Source: a virus (taxonomy: Duplodnaviria > Caudoviricetes). Taken from it: a DNA stretch of 58,634 nt. The DNA lies in IMG/VR virus record IMGVR_UViG_3300021180_000013, positions 1 to 58,634 of that record. One strand, 5' to 3'. A program made the translations under genes and the position numbers. Under the pieces are notes generated by a model. It was not told the origin of the DNA and searched no databases. It saw only the letters and a program-made list of their open reading frames with translations. Of this stretch, positions 18,816 through 28,037 are shown piece after piece (within the stretch, counting starts at the first letter, position 1; each line of letters opens with the position of its first letter).

Positions 18816-20183
18816 TTGGCGATTTCGAGTCCCAACCCTCTTCTAGAAGCAGCCGTGGAAAGTATTGAGGTTGAAGCATTTGCGGAGAAAATTCCGGACC
18901 TTGTCTTTCACGGTACTACTACTTACAGCTTATTCAAACAAAAAGCCCACACAGTGAAGGTTTCCAACGAAACCGCCGCTGGTGGAACCGCTCGTCCCTC
19001 GTTCCGTGTTCCGTTCCGTGTCCAAGCTGGCGCGGCAGTGGCGCAAGGAACAGGTAATGCTGATTCGCTTTATCGTGGATCCGGCTCCCAGTGGGCCGCG
19101 TTCGCAGTGTCTCCAGTGTTCGTGTACAACGTATGCGAAATTTCTTGGTTGGCACAGCAGTCGACCGATGGGAAAGAGAAGGGCTTGTTTGAGGTAAAAG
19201 CCCAGGAAATGAAGAACTCTCTTGATCAGGCGATGCAGGGGTTGGAGGCGTTGGTGAACGCTGACGGCTCCGGTATGCTGGATCAGATTCCTTCGACGGC
19301 GACGGTTAATTCTGGCACCGGCTCCGCTGGCCCCGGATTCAGCTCAATTGTGGGCATGAATATCGCGGCTGCGTTCACCGACCAGCAGAATGTGACGGTT
19401 TATCCGACCGAGACTTCGGCCTCGCCCCGGGGAAGCTTCACTATCTCCTACGTCGACCCGGTCTCCCAGACCATTTACTCCGCGTCCGCTCTGCCGTCCA
19501 CCGGTGGTGCGACCGCGACCGGCGATTACCTGTTCATTTACAACGGCAATACCACGAACGGCGCGGCCTCCGCGTCCATCCAGGGTATCCGTGCGTGGCA
19601 GGTGAATAGCAACACTGGCACGATCGGTGGGTTGAATCGTGCGTCCTATCCTGGACGCCTGAGCACCCCAGTGATCGCGCTCAACGCCGCAGTGACCCCT
19701 GGTCTCTCGCAGCGTGCACTAACCCTGCTGGGCCGCGCCCTCGGTCCCGATGCCTCGGCCATCAAATCGATGGTCTGGCACACCGGGCCTGATCAAGGGT
19801 ACGCAATGGCGAACCTGCAGTACAACGTTCAGATCGAGTACAAATCAGCCGTCAAGGGTGACAAACCCGAAGACATGTCCTACAAGCTCTTCCAAGAGAC
19901 GTTCGGCGGTCGTCCGCTGCATATCTCGTGGAACGCGCTCCCGGGACGTATCGACGGACTCGTCCTCGACAATTGGTACATCGGTGAGTTGGAGCCGTTG
20001 GAGCTGTATGATTTCGGAGGGGGCCAGGTGGTTGCCCCGGTTCCGGACATCCCCGCAAGTCCAACAGGACAAAACACTTACCTCGCGTCGCACATGTTTT
20101 CCTATGTCAGCTGTTTCAACTTAGTGGACTGTGCGCCCAAATCCGGTGTTTATATCACTGGAGCAACCCAGCCAACTATCTAG
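18816..20183 (+). CDS. major capsid protein
   Basis: 455 aa after the scaffold; TTG start with AAGGA; C-ending codon bias suggests high expression; followed by a terminator. Confidence 0.8.
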   Translation: MAISSPNPLLEAAVESIEVEAFAEKIPDLVFHGTTTYSLFKQKAHTVKVSNETAAGGTARPSFRVPFRVQAGAAVAQGTGNADSLYRGSGSQWAAFAVSPVFVYNVCEISWLAQQSTDGKEKGLFEVKAQEMKNSLDQAMQGLEALVNADGSGMLDQIPSTATVNSGTGSAGPGFSSIVGMNIAAAFTDQQNVTVYPTETSASPRGSFTISYVDPVSQTIYSASALPSTGGATATGDYLFIYNGNTTNGAASASIQGIRAWQVNSNTGTIGGLNRASYPGRLSTPVIALNAAVTPGLSQRALTLLGRALGPDASAIKSMVWHTGPDQGYAMANLQYNVQIEYKSAVKGDKPEDMSYKLFQETFGGRPLHISWNALPGRIDGLVLDNWYIGELEPLELYDFGGGQVVAPVPDIPASPTGQNTYLASHMFSYVSCFNLVDCAPKSGVYITGATQPTI

Positions 20184-20206
20184 TTTTCAATTAGATAGAA
20201 GTAATT

Positions 20207-20241
20207 AGGACCAAGCCTCAAAACTTGGTCCTTTTCTTTTT
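20207..20241 (+). terminator. intrinsic terminator after the capsid gene
   Basis: AGGACCAAG-CCTCAAAA-CTTGGTCCT followed by TTTCTTTTT. Confidence 0.85.
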
Positions 20242-20271
20242 GTTCGCCTCGGTAATTCGCAAAAATAAGTC

Positions 20272-20300
20272 TTGACAAAATGACATAAGAATGCGAATAT
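20272..20300 (+). promoter_or_regulatory. sigma70-like promoter with degenerate TGAC-N5-G(A)CA site
   Basis: TTGACA-17 nt-GAATAT (TG extended); TTGACAAAATGACATAAG resembles TTGACGTTTTGTCATAAG at 18095. Confidence 0.55.
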
Positions 20301-20316
20301 CCTTTTCGGAGGATAT

Positions 20317-20925
20317 ATGCCATTTGAACCGGGAAACGAACATGGGAAGCATAACAATCACGCGCGGGGTTTTGAATGCCGTAACCTTGAGCAACTTAAA
20401 AGTATGCGGTGGATTCAGCGCGGCGAAGAGACACTACGCGTCCCCGTTGATCAACTTGAGACGTATTTAGCTGATGGATGGAAGCGTGGGCGCCCAAAAC
20501 CGTCCGTTGAGGCGCGAAAGAAGATGCGAGAGGCTCAACTAGCTCGAACGGATCGGCCTCGGGATTCGCATACGCAGGAGCATCGCAGGAATCGACAGTA
20601 CAAAGCTCGGTATAAGAAATCGAATCAGGATTACGAAGAGACATTGGCCGCACAGGACGGACACTGCTTTCTCTGTCCAGAAAGAGAGTATGAGAAGCGG
20701 CGGTTGTGTTGGGATCATGATCACGACTGCTGTCCAGGATATTTGACCTGCGGAAAATGTGTCCGTGCGTTACTTTGTATGGGCTGCAATCGAGATATCT
20801 CTGTGGTCGAACGGATACGAAAAGAGGCTAAGATTGTGGATGTTATCCCGGGTACGTGGACGGATAACGCAATCAACTACTTACAATCCTACTCCTTTTC
20901 AACCAAAAGTAACCCCTCTGGCTAA
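20317..20925 (+). CDS. endonuclease VII-like homing endonuclease
   Basis: CFLC..WDHDHDCC..CGKCVRALLCMGCN; N-terminal GWKRGR and HEG-type DNA-binding motifs. Confidence 0.82.
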   Translation: MPFEPGNEHGKHNNHARGFECRNLEQLKSMRWIQRGEETLRVPVDQLETYLADGWKRGRPKPSVEARKKMREAQLARTDRPRDSHTQEHRRNRQYKARYKKSNQDYEETLAAQDGHCFLCPEREYEKRRLCWDHDHDCCPGYLTCGKCVRALLCMGCNRDISVVERIRKEAKIVDVIPGTWTDNAINYLQSYSFSTKSNPSG

Positions 20926-20935
20926 AGGAGAAAAT

Positions 20936-21343
20936 ATGCAATACATCGGTATTGTTGCGCTCGTCGTGTCTGTCGTAGCGCTGATTGTTGGATTCGTGCA
21001 TAAGGGCGCTGCGGGGCCGAGTGGTCCTGCTGGTGCAAGAGGTGCGATCGGGCCAATGGGTCCGCAGGGAGCTACTGGGTCTCAGGGACCGCAGGGTCCG
21101 GCTGGTGGCGCCGGGAGTAAGGGCGATAAGGGTGATAAAGGCGACGCTGGTAGCAAAGGCGATTCTGGTAGTAATGGAGAGAATGGGGTCAACGGTCTCA
21201 AAGGAGACAAAGGGGACAAGGGAGATAAAGGTGATGGTGGTCCTTTGGGTACGAAGGGCGATAAAGGGGATAAGGGTGACAAGGGCGACAAAGGCGATCG
21301 TGGCGATGCAGGTCCAAAGGGAGATAAGGGGGACAAAGGTTGA
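20936..21343 (+). CDS. membrane-anchored collagen-like protein
   Basis: AAGGAG before ATG 20936; hydrophobic N-terminal helix, then Gly-X-Y (GDK-rich) repeats up to the stop. Confidence 0.85.
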   Translation: MQYIGIVALVVSVVALIVGFVHKGAAGPSGPAGARGAIGPMGPQGATGSQGPQGPAGGAGSKGDKGDKGDAGSKGDSGSNGENGVNGLKGDKGDKGDKGDGGPLGTKGDKGDKGDKGDKGDRGDAGPKGDKGDKG

Positions 21344-22047
21344 TTCTAATCGATTGTATTAATGCATCAACGGAAGCGTCTGATCAAATGATCGAATGGC
21401 TCGTCGCTGCGTTGCAGAAGCAGGTGACGAGGGATTTCTTTCCGATCTGGGGGATCAACGCGCAGTTGTTCTTCGTGCCTAAGTCGGGGACACCGAACCC
21501 GGCGCATTGGCAGTTAGTGTTCCTTGATAACGCGGATGTTGCGGGGGCGTTGGGTTATCACGACCTTACGTCCACTGGACTGCCGCTGGGGAAAGTGTTC
21601 ATTCGAACGACTGAGTTGGACGATTCGGCGTGGTCAGTCACAGCCTCGCATGAGCTTATGGAGATGCTCGTGGATCCGTACGTGGATTCAGCAGTGATCC
21701 AACTGAACGTCGACGGCACGGGGACAGCGTACGCTACCGAAGTCTGTGATGCGTGCGAGAACGACTCGAACGGGTACGTGATCAATGATTTCAAGGTCAG
21801 CGATTTCGTTACGCCAGAGTGGTTCGGGCCTCCGACGCTGGAGCCGAACGCGCGGTACGACTTCATGGGGCATATTCTGGCGCCGTTGCAGTTGTTACCA
21901 GGAGGATACATTGGCGTGCTGACGATTGGCTCGTCGTCCGGCTGGCAACAGTTGCTCGGGCATACGGCTAAAGCTAACACGCCTCTTGGATCGCGTCGGA
22001 GACTGCGAACGATCCCACACTCTCAGAGAATACTCAGTAATAAGTAG
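21340..22047 (+). CDS. putative zincin-like metalloprotein/peptidase
   Basis: GALGYHD and SHELMEMLVDP (HExxE), EVCDACE. Confidence 0.55.
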   Translation: MILIDCINASTEASDQMIEWLVAALQKQVTRDFFPIWGINAQLFFVPKSGTPNPAHWQLVFLDNADVAGALGYHDLTSTGLPLGKVFIRTTELDDSAWSVTASHELMEMLVDPYVDSAVIQLNVDGTGTAYATEVCDACENDSNGYVINDFKVSDFVTPEWFGPPTLEPNARYDFMGHILAPLQLLPGGYIGVLTIGSSSGWQQLLGHTAKANTPLGSRRRLRTIPHSQRILSNK

Positions 22048-22108
22048 TTATTCCCGCGCATGACTTTTCAGAGAAAGTCAGATCAAATTTTCTGGCCTCT
22101 GGAGTGTC

Positions 22109-23137
22109 ATGCGCGTTCTTTTCATACTCAAGAAAACGGTATACGACTATGCTGACGCTGGTTATTGCGATGATCACGCGGGCGGACTACTGAACTCATG
22201 CCGGTTCATCGTCGATATGTTGAATCAGAATGGCGTCGCGGCGAAGATTGCTGTCGTTACTGATAACAATGACATCGATCGTGAGGTCACTGCGTACCAG
22301 CCTGATGTAGCGATCATCGAGGCGTTATGGGTCGTTCCTGAGAAATTTGACATTCTGTCACAGTTGCATCCGACGGTGACGTGGGTGGTGCGGTTGCATA
22401 GTGATCTCCCGTTCCTCTCTTCTGACGGAATAGCGTTCCTGTGGATCAAAGGTTACCTCGACCGTAACGTATACGTCGCGACGAATAAGCAGCGGACGCA
22501 GGATGATTTGGTGAGGGTATTTGGGGACGAGGGCGGGTTCGTTCATTTGCCGAATTACTATCCCGTTACGAAGCCTAGTGTGAAGCCGATCCTCACTGGA
22601 CTGAACATTGGATGCTTCGGGGCGATCCGGCCACTCAAGAATCAACTCGTCCAAGCGGTCGCTGCCGTCGAATACGCCGACCAGACCTCCCAGACACTGA
22701 ACTTCCACATGAACGGGACGCGTACTGAGTCTGGCGGGAACGCGATACTGAAGAATATTCAGTCAATGTTCGCTGAGACCAACCACACGCTCGTGCTGCA
22801 CCCTTGGCTCCCGCATAACGAATTCCTTATGCTCATGGCACAAATGGATCTCGCGCTCGCCGTGTCGTTCAGTGAGACGTTCTGTATTACTGCTGCGGAC
22901 GCGGTGAACGTTGGTGTGCCGTTAGTGTGTAGCGACCAGATCCCCTGGGCAGATTCGTCGAGCGTCGTCGAGGATCCAACGGATACGGGGGAGATCCGGG
23001 GGAAAATGACGCGGTTACTGCGGAGTGATTTTCTCTCCAACTTGTTCAATCTAAGGAACTTAAAGGGGTATTCTAAAAGATCCACGAAAACATGGCTCTC
23101 CGTGCTTGACGAAATATCGAAGTATGATTATACTTAG
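22109..23137 (+). CDS. glycosyltransferase, GT-B fold (GT4-like)
   Basis: GCFGAIRPLKNQ; SFSETFCITAADAVNVGVPLV (E-x7-D/E variant). Confidence 0.8.
   Translation: MRVLFILKKTVYDYADAGYCDDHAGGLLNSCRFIVDMLNQNGVAAKIAVVTDNNDIDREVTAYQPDVAIIEALWVVPEKFDILSQLHPTVTWVVRLHSDLPFLSSDGIAFLWIKGYLDRNVYVATNKQRTQDDLVRVFGDEGGFVHLPNYYPVTKPSVKPILTGLNIGCFGAIRPLKNQLVQAVAAVEYADQTSQTLNFHMNGTRTESGGNAILKNIQSMFAETNHTLVLHPWLPHNEFLMLMAQMDLALAVSFSETFCITAADAVNVGVPLVCSDQIPWADSSSVVEDPTDTGEIRGKMTRLLRSDFLSNLFNLRNLKGYSKRSTKTWLSVLDEISKYDYT
23106..23134 (+). promoter_or_regulatory. sigma70-like promoter upstream of the groES/groEL unit
   Basis: TTGACG-17 nt-TATACT inside the 3' end of the GT gene. Confidence 0.6.
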
Positions 23138-23149
23138 TCGTGAGGTCTC

Positions 23150-23386
23150 ATGGCTAAAAAGGATCGTACGGTAAAGATTGAGGACGTATTCGACCAACTC
23201 GTTGGGGCGCCGGAGATTGGTAGCGAGGTTGTTGTCATCAATGACCGACACTCGTATCGGGGTAAGCTCGTAAAGTATGGCAAGCAGGATGGTAAGGTTA
23301 AGAAAGCGTTCGTTCAAGCTGACAGCTTCTTCGACAGCGATCGCTGGGTAAGTATTCACGATATTTTTACGATAGAAGAGTTATAA
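23150..23386 (+). CDS. small hypothetical protein (SH3-like beta content)
   Basis: GAGG before ATG; fills the gap before groES. Confidence 0.65.
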   Translation: MAKKDRTVKIEDVFDQLVGAPEIGSEVVVINDRHSYRGKLVKYGKQDGKVKKAFVQADSFFDSDRWVSIHDIFTIEEL

Positions 23387-23395
23387 GGAGTCTCA

Positions 23396-23761
23396 ATGTC
23401 CTCACCCGTAACACCCGTTGTCGATCTGCGTCCTGATCGTTCTCGCACGTACCATAAGCCTCAACCTATCCTCGACCGGGTATTAGTCAGAGTCATCAAA
23501 TCTCATTCTGAGACTGAGGACTTCGTGATCCCAGATAAGTACAGGGAGAAGTCGCGACTGGGCGAAGTGATCGCTGTTGGCGATGGAGTCGTATTAGGCA
23601 ACCAATACCTCCCCATCGAGGAGTTCATCTCCGTCGGTGATCGAGTGAAGTTTGGTGAGTATACTGCTGAAGCCTACGACCACACGGACCCGACGCAGGC
23701 GACGGAGTTCATCGTGCGTATCCAAGACATCCGTACAGTCGAGAGGCTCGTTCGTGAGTAA
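23396..23761 (+). CDS. groES: co-chaperonin GroES
   Basis: PILDRVLVR, IPD..EK..GEVIAVGDG, VGDRVKFGEY, IVRIQDI. Confidence 0.92.
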   Translation: MSSPVTPVVDLRPDRSRTYHKPQPILDRVLVRVIKSHSETEDFVIPDKYREKSRLGEVIAVGDGVVLGNQYLPIEEFISVGDRVKFGEYTAEAYDHTDPTQATEFIVRIQDIRTVERLVRE

Positions 23762-25331
23762 GCAGATAGTAAGTGGTCCTGATGCTCTAACTAAGTTGCT
23801 GGCGGGCGTGAATCTTATCGCTAACGCCGTAAAGGTCAGCCTTGGTCCGAACGGACGTAACTGTGTGTACGAACGCCTCGGAACGAACCAGCCTATCAGC
23901 ACCCGTGACGGCGTCACGATCGCTAACCAGATCGAAGCATCGGACCCGTTCGAGAATATCGCAGTCGAAACTCTTAAGGGGGTAGCGCGTGAAGCGGTCG
24001 ATCAATCTGGCGATGGTACTACTACTGCTACATTACTGGCACAAGCGATATTCAGTGAAGGCGTCAAGCAGATCAGTGTCGGTTGCAACCCGGTCGCTCT
24101 CAAACGCGGCATTGAACGAGCTACGGCGGGAGTTGTTCAGTCCCTCAAGTCGATGGCTCGTCCCGTTTCAGGGGACATGGTCCGACAAGTGGCTACCATC
24201 TCGGCGAATAACGACGCAGGATTGGGGGGACTCATTGCTGATGCAATGGAGAAAGCGGGCGAAGACGGAGTTGTGAGTGTCGAAGTAAGCAGGAGTACCG
24301 AATCGTCATTAGTTGTTGTCGATGGTATGCAGATTGGGACAGGGTTCATTCTGCCGGAGTTCGTGAATAATCGTGAGCGGAATGAGTGTGTGCTTGAGGA
24401 TGTAGCGGTACTGCTGTGGGAGAAGAAGCTCGCGACGATCCTCCCAGCGAAGAAGTTGCTTGAGGAGATTGTTAAGCAGGGTAAGTCTCTATTAATTATC
24501 GCTGAGGACGTAACTGATGAGGCGTTGGGTGTCCTCGGGGCAAATGCTGCGCTTCGTAACACCGACGGGAAGCAGCCATACAAATTCTGCGCGATCCGCA
24601 CCCCCGGTGGAGTCGACAACCTGCACGATATCGGTGCGTTAACGAACGGAACCGTCTTCACGGAGCTAAAAGGTGTCAAACTATCTGACGTGGCCGCGTC
24701 GATGCTGGGGCATGCTAGTAAGGTTATCATTAAGCCCACTGGCACTACGATTATTGCTGATATTACTGAGAATCCTGCGTTGACTAGGAGGATTAATGAG
24801 CTTAGGACACAAGTTAAAGAATCTGTGGATGACGGAGCCCGTCTTCGCTTGCATTCTCGTCTTGCTAGGCTGGTTGGCGGTGTGGCGGTTATACGCGTTG
24901 GTGCGGCGACTGAGTTGGAGATGATGGTTAGGAAAGATGCGATTGAAGATGCGATGCACGCAACACGAGGCGCAATATCAGAAGGCATCGTCCCCGGAGG
25001 GGGTGTCGCATTGTTTAGAGCGTCTAGAGTGCTTGAATGCTCTGACGAAGAAAGCGCAGGGGTGAAAATAGTTCAAAAGGCATGCGAAGCACCAATACGA
25101 ACACTCGCCGAGAACTCTGGAAAATCTGCTGACTATGTTCTCGCTCAAATTCTTGACGGAGATCACGCGAACTACGGATGGAACGCTAGGACGGATTTCT
25201 TTTGTGATATGATTGGTGCCGGAATCCTTGATCCTGTCCGAGTAACTCGCGTAGCACTTGAATCTGCCGCTTCAGTAGCTGCAACGATGTTAATCACAAA
25301 TTGCTTAGTGGCGAACGAACGACCCAAGTGA
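23754..25331 (+). CDS. groEL: chaperonin GroEL
   Basis: SLGPNGRN, TRDGVTIA, GDGTTTAT, LLIIAEDV, RLARLVGGVAVI, IEDA, GIVPGGG, GILDP; GTG 23754 after GAGAGG. Confidence 0.96.
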   Translation: MSKQIVSGPDALTKLLAGVNLIANAVKVSLGPNGRNCVYERLGTNQPISTRDGVTIANQIEASDPFENIAVETLKGVAREAVDQSGDGTTTATLLAQAIFSEGVKQISVGCNPVALKRGIERATAGVVQSLKSMARPVSGDMVRQVATISANNDAGLGGLIADAMEKAGEDGVVSVEVSRSTESSLVVVDGMQIGTGFILPEFVNNRERNECVLEDVAVLLWEKKLATILPAKKLLEEIVKQGKSLLIIAEDVTDEALGVLGANAALRNTDGKQPYKFCAIRTPGGVDNLHDIGALTNGTVFTELKGVKLSDVAASMLGHASKVIIKPTGTTIIADITENPALTRRINELRTQVKESVDDGARLRLHSRLARLVGGVAVIRVGAATELEMMVRKDAIEDAMHATRGAISEGIVPGGGVALFRASRVLECSDEESAGVKIVQKACEAPIRTLAENSGKSADYVLAQILDGDHANYGWNARTDFFCDMIGAGILDPVRVTRVALESAASVAATMLITNCLVANERPK

Positions 25332-25915
25332 GATTTTATACATACATTTGGTTACGGTTAGACGGTACTCCCTATTATGTCGGGAAGGGGCAAGGACGGC
25401 GAGGATTTATCTCTGGATCCCATCGGCTACGCCGTCCCATTTCAGACGATCAAATTATAGTTCAGGAGTACGAGTGTGAAGAAGATAGTCTCTTCGCCGA
25501 ATGCGTCCTAATCGCGTTTTATGGGCGCAAAGATTTGGGAACTGGATGTCTCAGAAATATGACGAATGGGGGAGAAGGCGTATCCGGTAGAATTATTCCT
25601 GAATGGCTTCGGTTAAGACTAATCGAAGTGAATACAGGCCGAAAAGCGAGCGAAGAAACTCGTCATATTCTTAGACAAAGTCATCTGGGTCAGAAAGTAT
25701 CTCCAGAAGCACGGGTAAAAATGAGCATTGCCCGTAAAGGAAGGTCTTTGTCTCCGGAGCATTGCAAAAAGCTCAGTTTTTACGCTCGGAATCGTTCAGA
25801 GGAACATAAACGCAGACTTGCAGAAAGCTGTAGTAAAACTAGAAAAGGTAAGCCTTGGTCAGAAAGACGCAGAGCGGCACAAATTGCTAGAAATGACAGA
25901 TCCGACGAAAAATGA
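25328..25915 (+). CDS. GIY-YIG-like homing endonuclease with NUMOD3-type repeats
   Basis: FYTYIW..PYYVGKG..YGRKDLGTGCLRNMTNGGEG; paralogue of 3347..3928. Confidence 0.8.
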   Translation: MRFYTYIWLRLDGTPYYVGKGQGRRGFISGSHRLRRPISDDQIIVQEYECEEDSLFAECVLIAFYGRKDLGTGCLRNMTNGGEGVSGRIIPEWLRLRLIEVNTGRKASEETRHILRQSHLGQKVSPEARVKMSIARKGRSLSPEHCKKLSFYARNRSEEHKRRLAESCSKTRKGKPWSERRRAAQIARNDRSDEK

Positions 25916-26109
25916 CATTACGGTATAATCTCCTCGGTAAAACATTCGGCTACCTCACCGTGATCGGTGGAGCAAAGCTTCCTCCTCACCCGGAGTACCT
26001 CTGGCTCTGCCGGTGTGTGTGCGGGGCGTTCAGTTTAGCGCGAGGGACGAACCTTAGGGAAGGCCGCACGAAGACTTGCGGGTGCAGGTATGGAAAGAAA
26101 AGAGTGTAA
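25912..26109 (+). CDS. stand-alone N-terminal Cys domain of HNH/AP2-type endonucleases
   Basis: GKTFGYLTVI..WLCRCVCG..LREGRTKTCGC; no nuclease domain follows. Confidence 0.65.
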   Translation: MTLRYNLLGKTFGYLTVIGGAKLPPHPEYLWLCRCVCGAFSLARGTNLREGRTKTCGCRYGKKRV

Positions 26110-26794
26110 TGTTGTGCCACGCGAGTATGCGGATTGGCTTCGGCACCTCGGGGGCGTGAACCGATATGACTCCCCTCGTTTCGTCCTCTTCTGGGCTCAG
26201 TATGGTGGGGGAGAGGGCTCGTACCGCGCTGGCGGGCGATGGAGTGTGGACGAGGCGCATTACGTTGGTTATCGTACGCTGCTAAGGGGCGACGGCACCC
26301 CCTGCTGGGCTCTAGCAATGTGGCATGATGCGATTGAGTACGGGACGCCGGAGGGGTATTACGTGTCTAACCTCGACGAAGAGACTGGACTGCAGACACT
26401 TGGTGAATACCCTTATTCAGGTAGATACGAGACGTTGTATCACCTGAAATGGTGGGAGCGGGTCGATGACCGTATCGTCACCCACGCGATGCCACTGAAT
26501 TATGCCACGTTCGAACGTCTGATCCCTATCATTCAACGCGCGAAAGAGATATCCTGGGAGAAGACGAAAGCGGCGCATCAGGCGTTGTTAGCGAAGGATG
26601 AAGAGGAGAAGGAGAGGATGATCGAACGCCACCTTCACGACAATGCCGTCCCGTTCGGCGGGAACGCAATATCGTTCGCTAAACAAGGCGTCCGGTCCAC
26701 AGTGATTGATCAGAAAATGATCGAGCTTCAGCGTTACTGGAATCAGTTACAGCAATCTGCCGCCAAACTCCCTCGCGGCCACTCTACCCGATGA
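26090..26794 (+). CDS. hypothetical protein
   Basis: 234 aa ORF coupled to its neighbours. Confidence 0.75.
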   Translation: MERKECNVVPREYADWLRHLGGVNRYDSPRFVLFWAQYGGGEGSYRAGGRWSVDEAHYVGYRTLLRGDGTPCWALAMWHDAIEYGTPEGYYVSNLDEETGLQTLGEYPYSGRYETLYHLKWWERVDDRIVTHAMPLNYATFERLIPIIQRAKEISWEKTKAAHQALLAKDEEEKERMIERHLHDNAVPFGGNAISFAKQGVRSTVIDQKMIELQRYWNQLQQSAAKLPRGHSTR

Positions 26795-26973
26795 CCTGTC
26801 CTAATTGCGGTGACGGCTCGGGCTGGACGATTTGGAATACCTATAGCTATTCCGGAACGCCGCTGAAAGTCTGGTCAGCGTGTGCGGATTGTAATGACGA
26901 TGAGTATAAACCTAAGCCTCCGCTCTGTGTCTGCGGGGAAAAATTAATAGATTGTAATCGTTCCTGTAACTAA
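26791..26973 (+). CDS. small Cys-rich zinc-ribbon protein
   Basis: CPNC, CADC, CVCG; ATGA overlap. Confidence 0.55.
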   Translation: MTCPNCGDGSGWTIWNTYSYSGTPLKVWSACADCNDDEYKPKPPLCVCGEKLIDCNRSCN

Positions 26974-27017
26974 GCCTTTCCACATAGAGATAGGCGCACC
27001 TGCGCCAAGGAGTCTCT

Positions 27018-27944
27018 ATGGGTTACATCGTCGATAAGGTTCACGAGGGGTCCACGTCCGCGATCGGCGGGAATATGCCGTACGGCGGGTTGGAATGGCG
27101 CCAGCTCCGTGAGCCGGATTTCAAGATTTTCATTTACAATGTGTCCGCTAGGAGTATGAAATTCGACCGGTACGGGAACAATGGCGTACCGATCCCGGGC
27201 GTTGATGAGAACGATAAAAGTGAGGTGACTCAGGGCGCCCCTCCCCAGCCCGGGCTGAATCAGTCCAAGTTCATTGCTGAGCTGGCTACACGGGTCGATC
27301 TCGATACGGGTAAGGGTAAAATTGTGCGTCAGGGAAAAGAGAACGAAAAGTGGCATCTTGTCACTTCGTTCCCTCAGCCGATCCTGCTGACCAAAACGAA
27401 CGATGCATCGAATATGATCGAATCGTACGAGCAGGATGCGATTCGGTATGTCGTTGATCTCATTAATCCGAATAATCTGGGTCGCACGTTGGAAAATGCG
27501 CCGACCGGGATGTCACAGAATGTTGATCTGTCCCAATCGGGAGTGTTCTTCTCTCTCGCGAACCCCCCGTTCGAGACTGATATGCGGAACGCGGTCGATC
27601 GGATGGAGAAGAGGTATAAGGATCTGTTGGAGAGAGCGGCGACGTTGGAGCTTACGAACAAGGAATTGCTGGCTCAGGAGCTAGGGAGTAATCCTGATTA
27701 TGCGTTCGCGGCGGATTACTTTGGTAAGGTAGTTAGCTGGAGACGCGCTCCTCAGCGTACGATCGAGTGCCCCAACTGTGGTGGTCAGAAGCCTGCTGGA
27801 CGCTTGTTCCACATGGGCGAGTTCGGGCTGTGCGTTGAACAGAGTGAAGCGGGATGGAAGGCAGCCGTGAACAGCGGTGTGAAACGGTACGAGGACGTAC
27901 CGGATGACTTTCGTTGGAAGAAAGAGCCGAAGGAAAAAGGCTAA
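27018..27944 (+). CDS. hypothetical protein with C-terminal CxxC..H..C
   Basis: AAGGAGTCTCT before ATG; 308 aa. Confidence 0.78.
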   Translation: MGYIVDKVHEGSTSAIGGNMPYGGLEWRQLREPDFKIFIYNVSARSMKFDRYGNNGVPIPGVDENDKSEVTQGAPPQPGLNQSKFIAELATRVDLDTGKGKIVRQGKENEKWHLVTSFPQPILLTKTNDASNMIESYEQDAIRYVVDLINPNNLGRTLENAPTGMSQNVDLSQSGVFFSLANPPFETDMRNAVDRMEKRYKDLLERAATLELTNKELLAQELGSNPDYAFAADYFGKVVSWRRAPQRTIECPNCGGQKPAGRLFHMGEFGLCVEQSEAGWKAAVNSGVKRYEDVPDDFRWKKEPKEKG

Positions 27945-27960
27945 ATCCAATGAGTAACCT

Positions 27961-28028
27961 TCCCGGATGAACCTCGTCGCTATTAACGGCCCCGAGACTC
28001 CGTCGAAAATCGATGGGATAATCCGGGA
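27961..28028 (+). ncRNA. candidate small structured RNA (three-way junction)
   Basis: TCCCGGAT/ATCCGGGA closing stem; inner CTCG/CGAG and CCGTCGA/TCGATGG stems. Confidence 0.35.
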
Positions 28029-28037
28029 TGTAATTTT

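Noticed and set aside
21118-21340. CRISPR-like or DNA-level repeat array
   Set aside because: Degenerate 9-nt periodicity is explained by Gly-Asp-Lys collagen coding.
24137-24988. Long antisense ORFs (also 35940..36656, 4463..5110, 57847..58572 and others)
   Set aside because: Shadow frames opposite well-supported genes, with no motifs or RBS.
25895-25929. Additional operator/promoter (AAATGACA...TATAAT)
   Set aside because: Only a half-site and no good -35 box; lies within coding sequence.
27961-28028. Hammerhead ribozyme (CGGATGA...GAAA)
   Set aside because: Core is not CUGANGA, and GAAA is not positioned after stem II.
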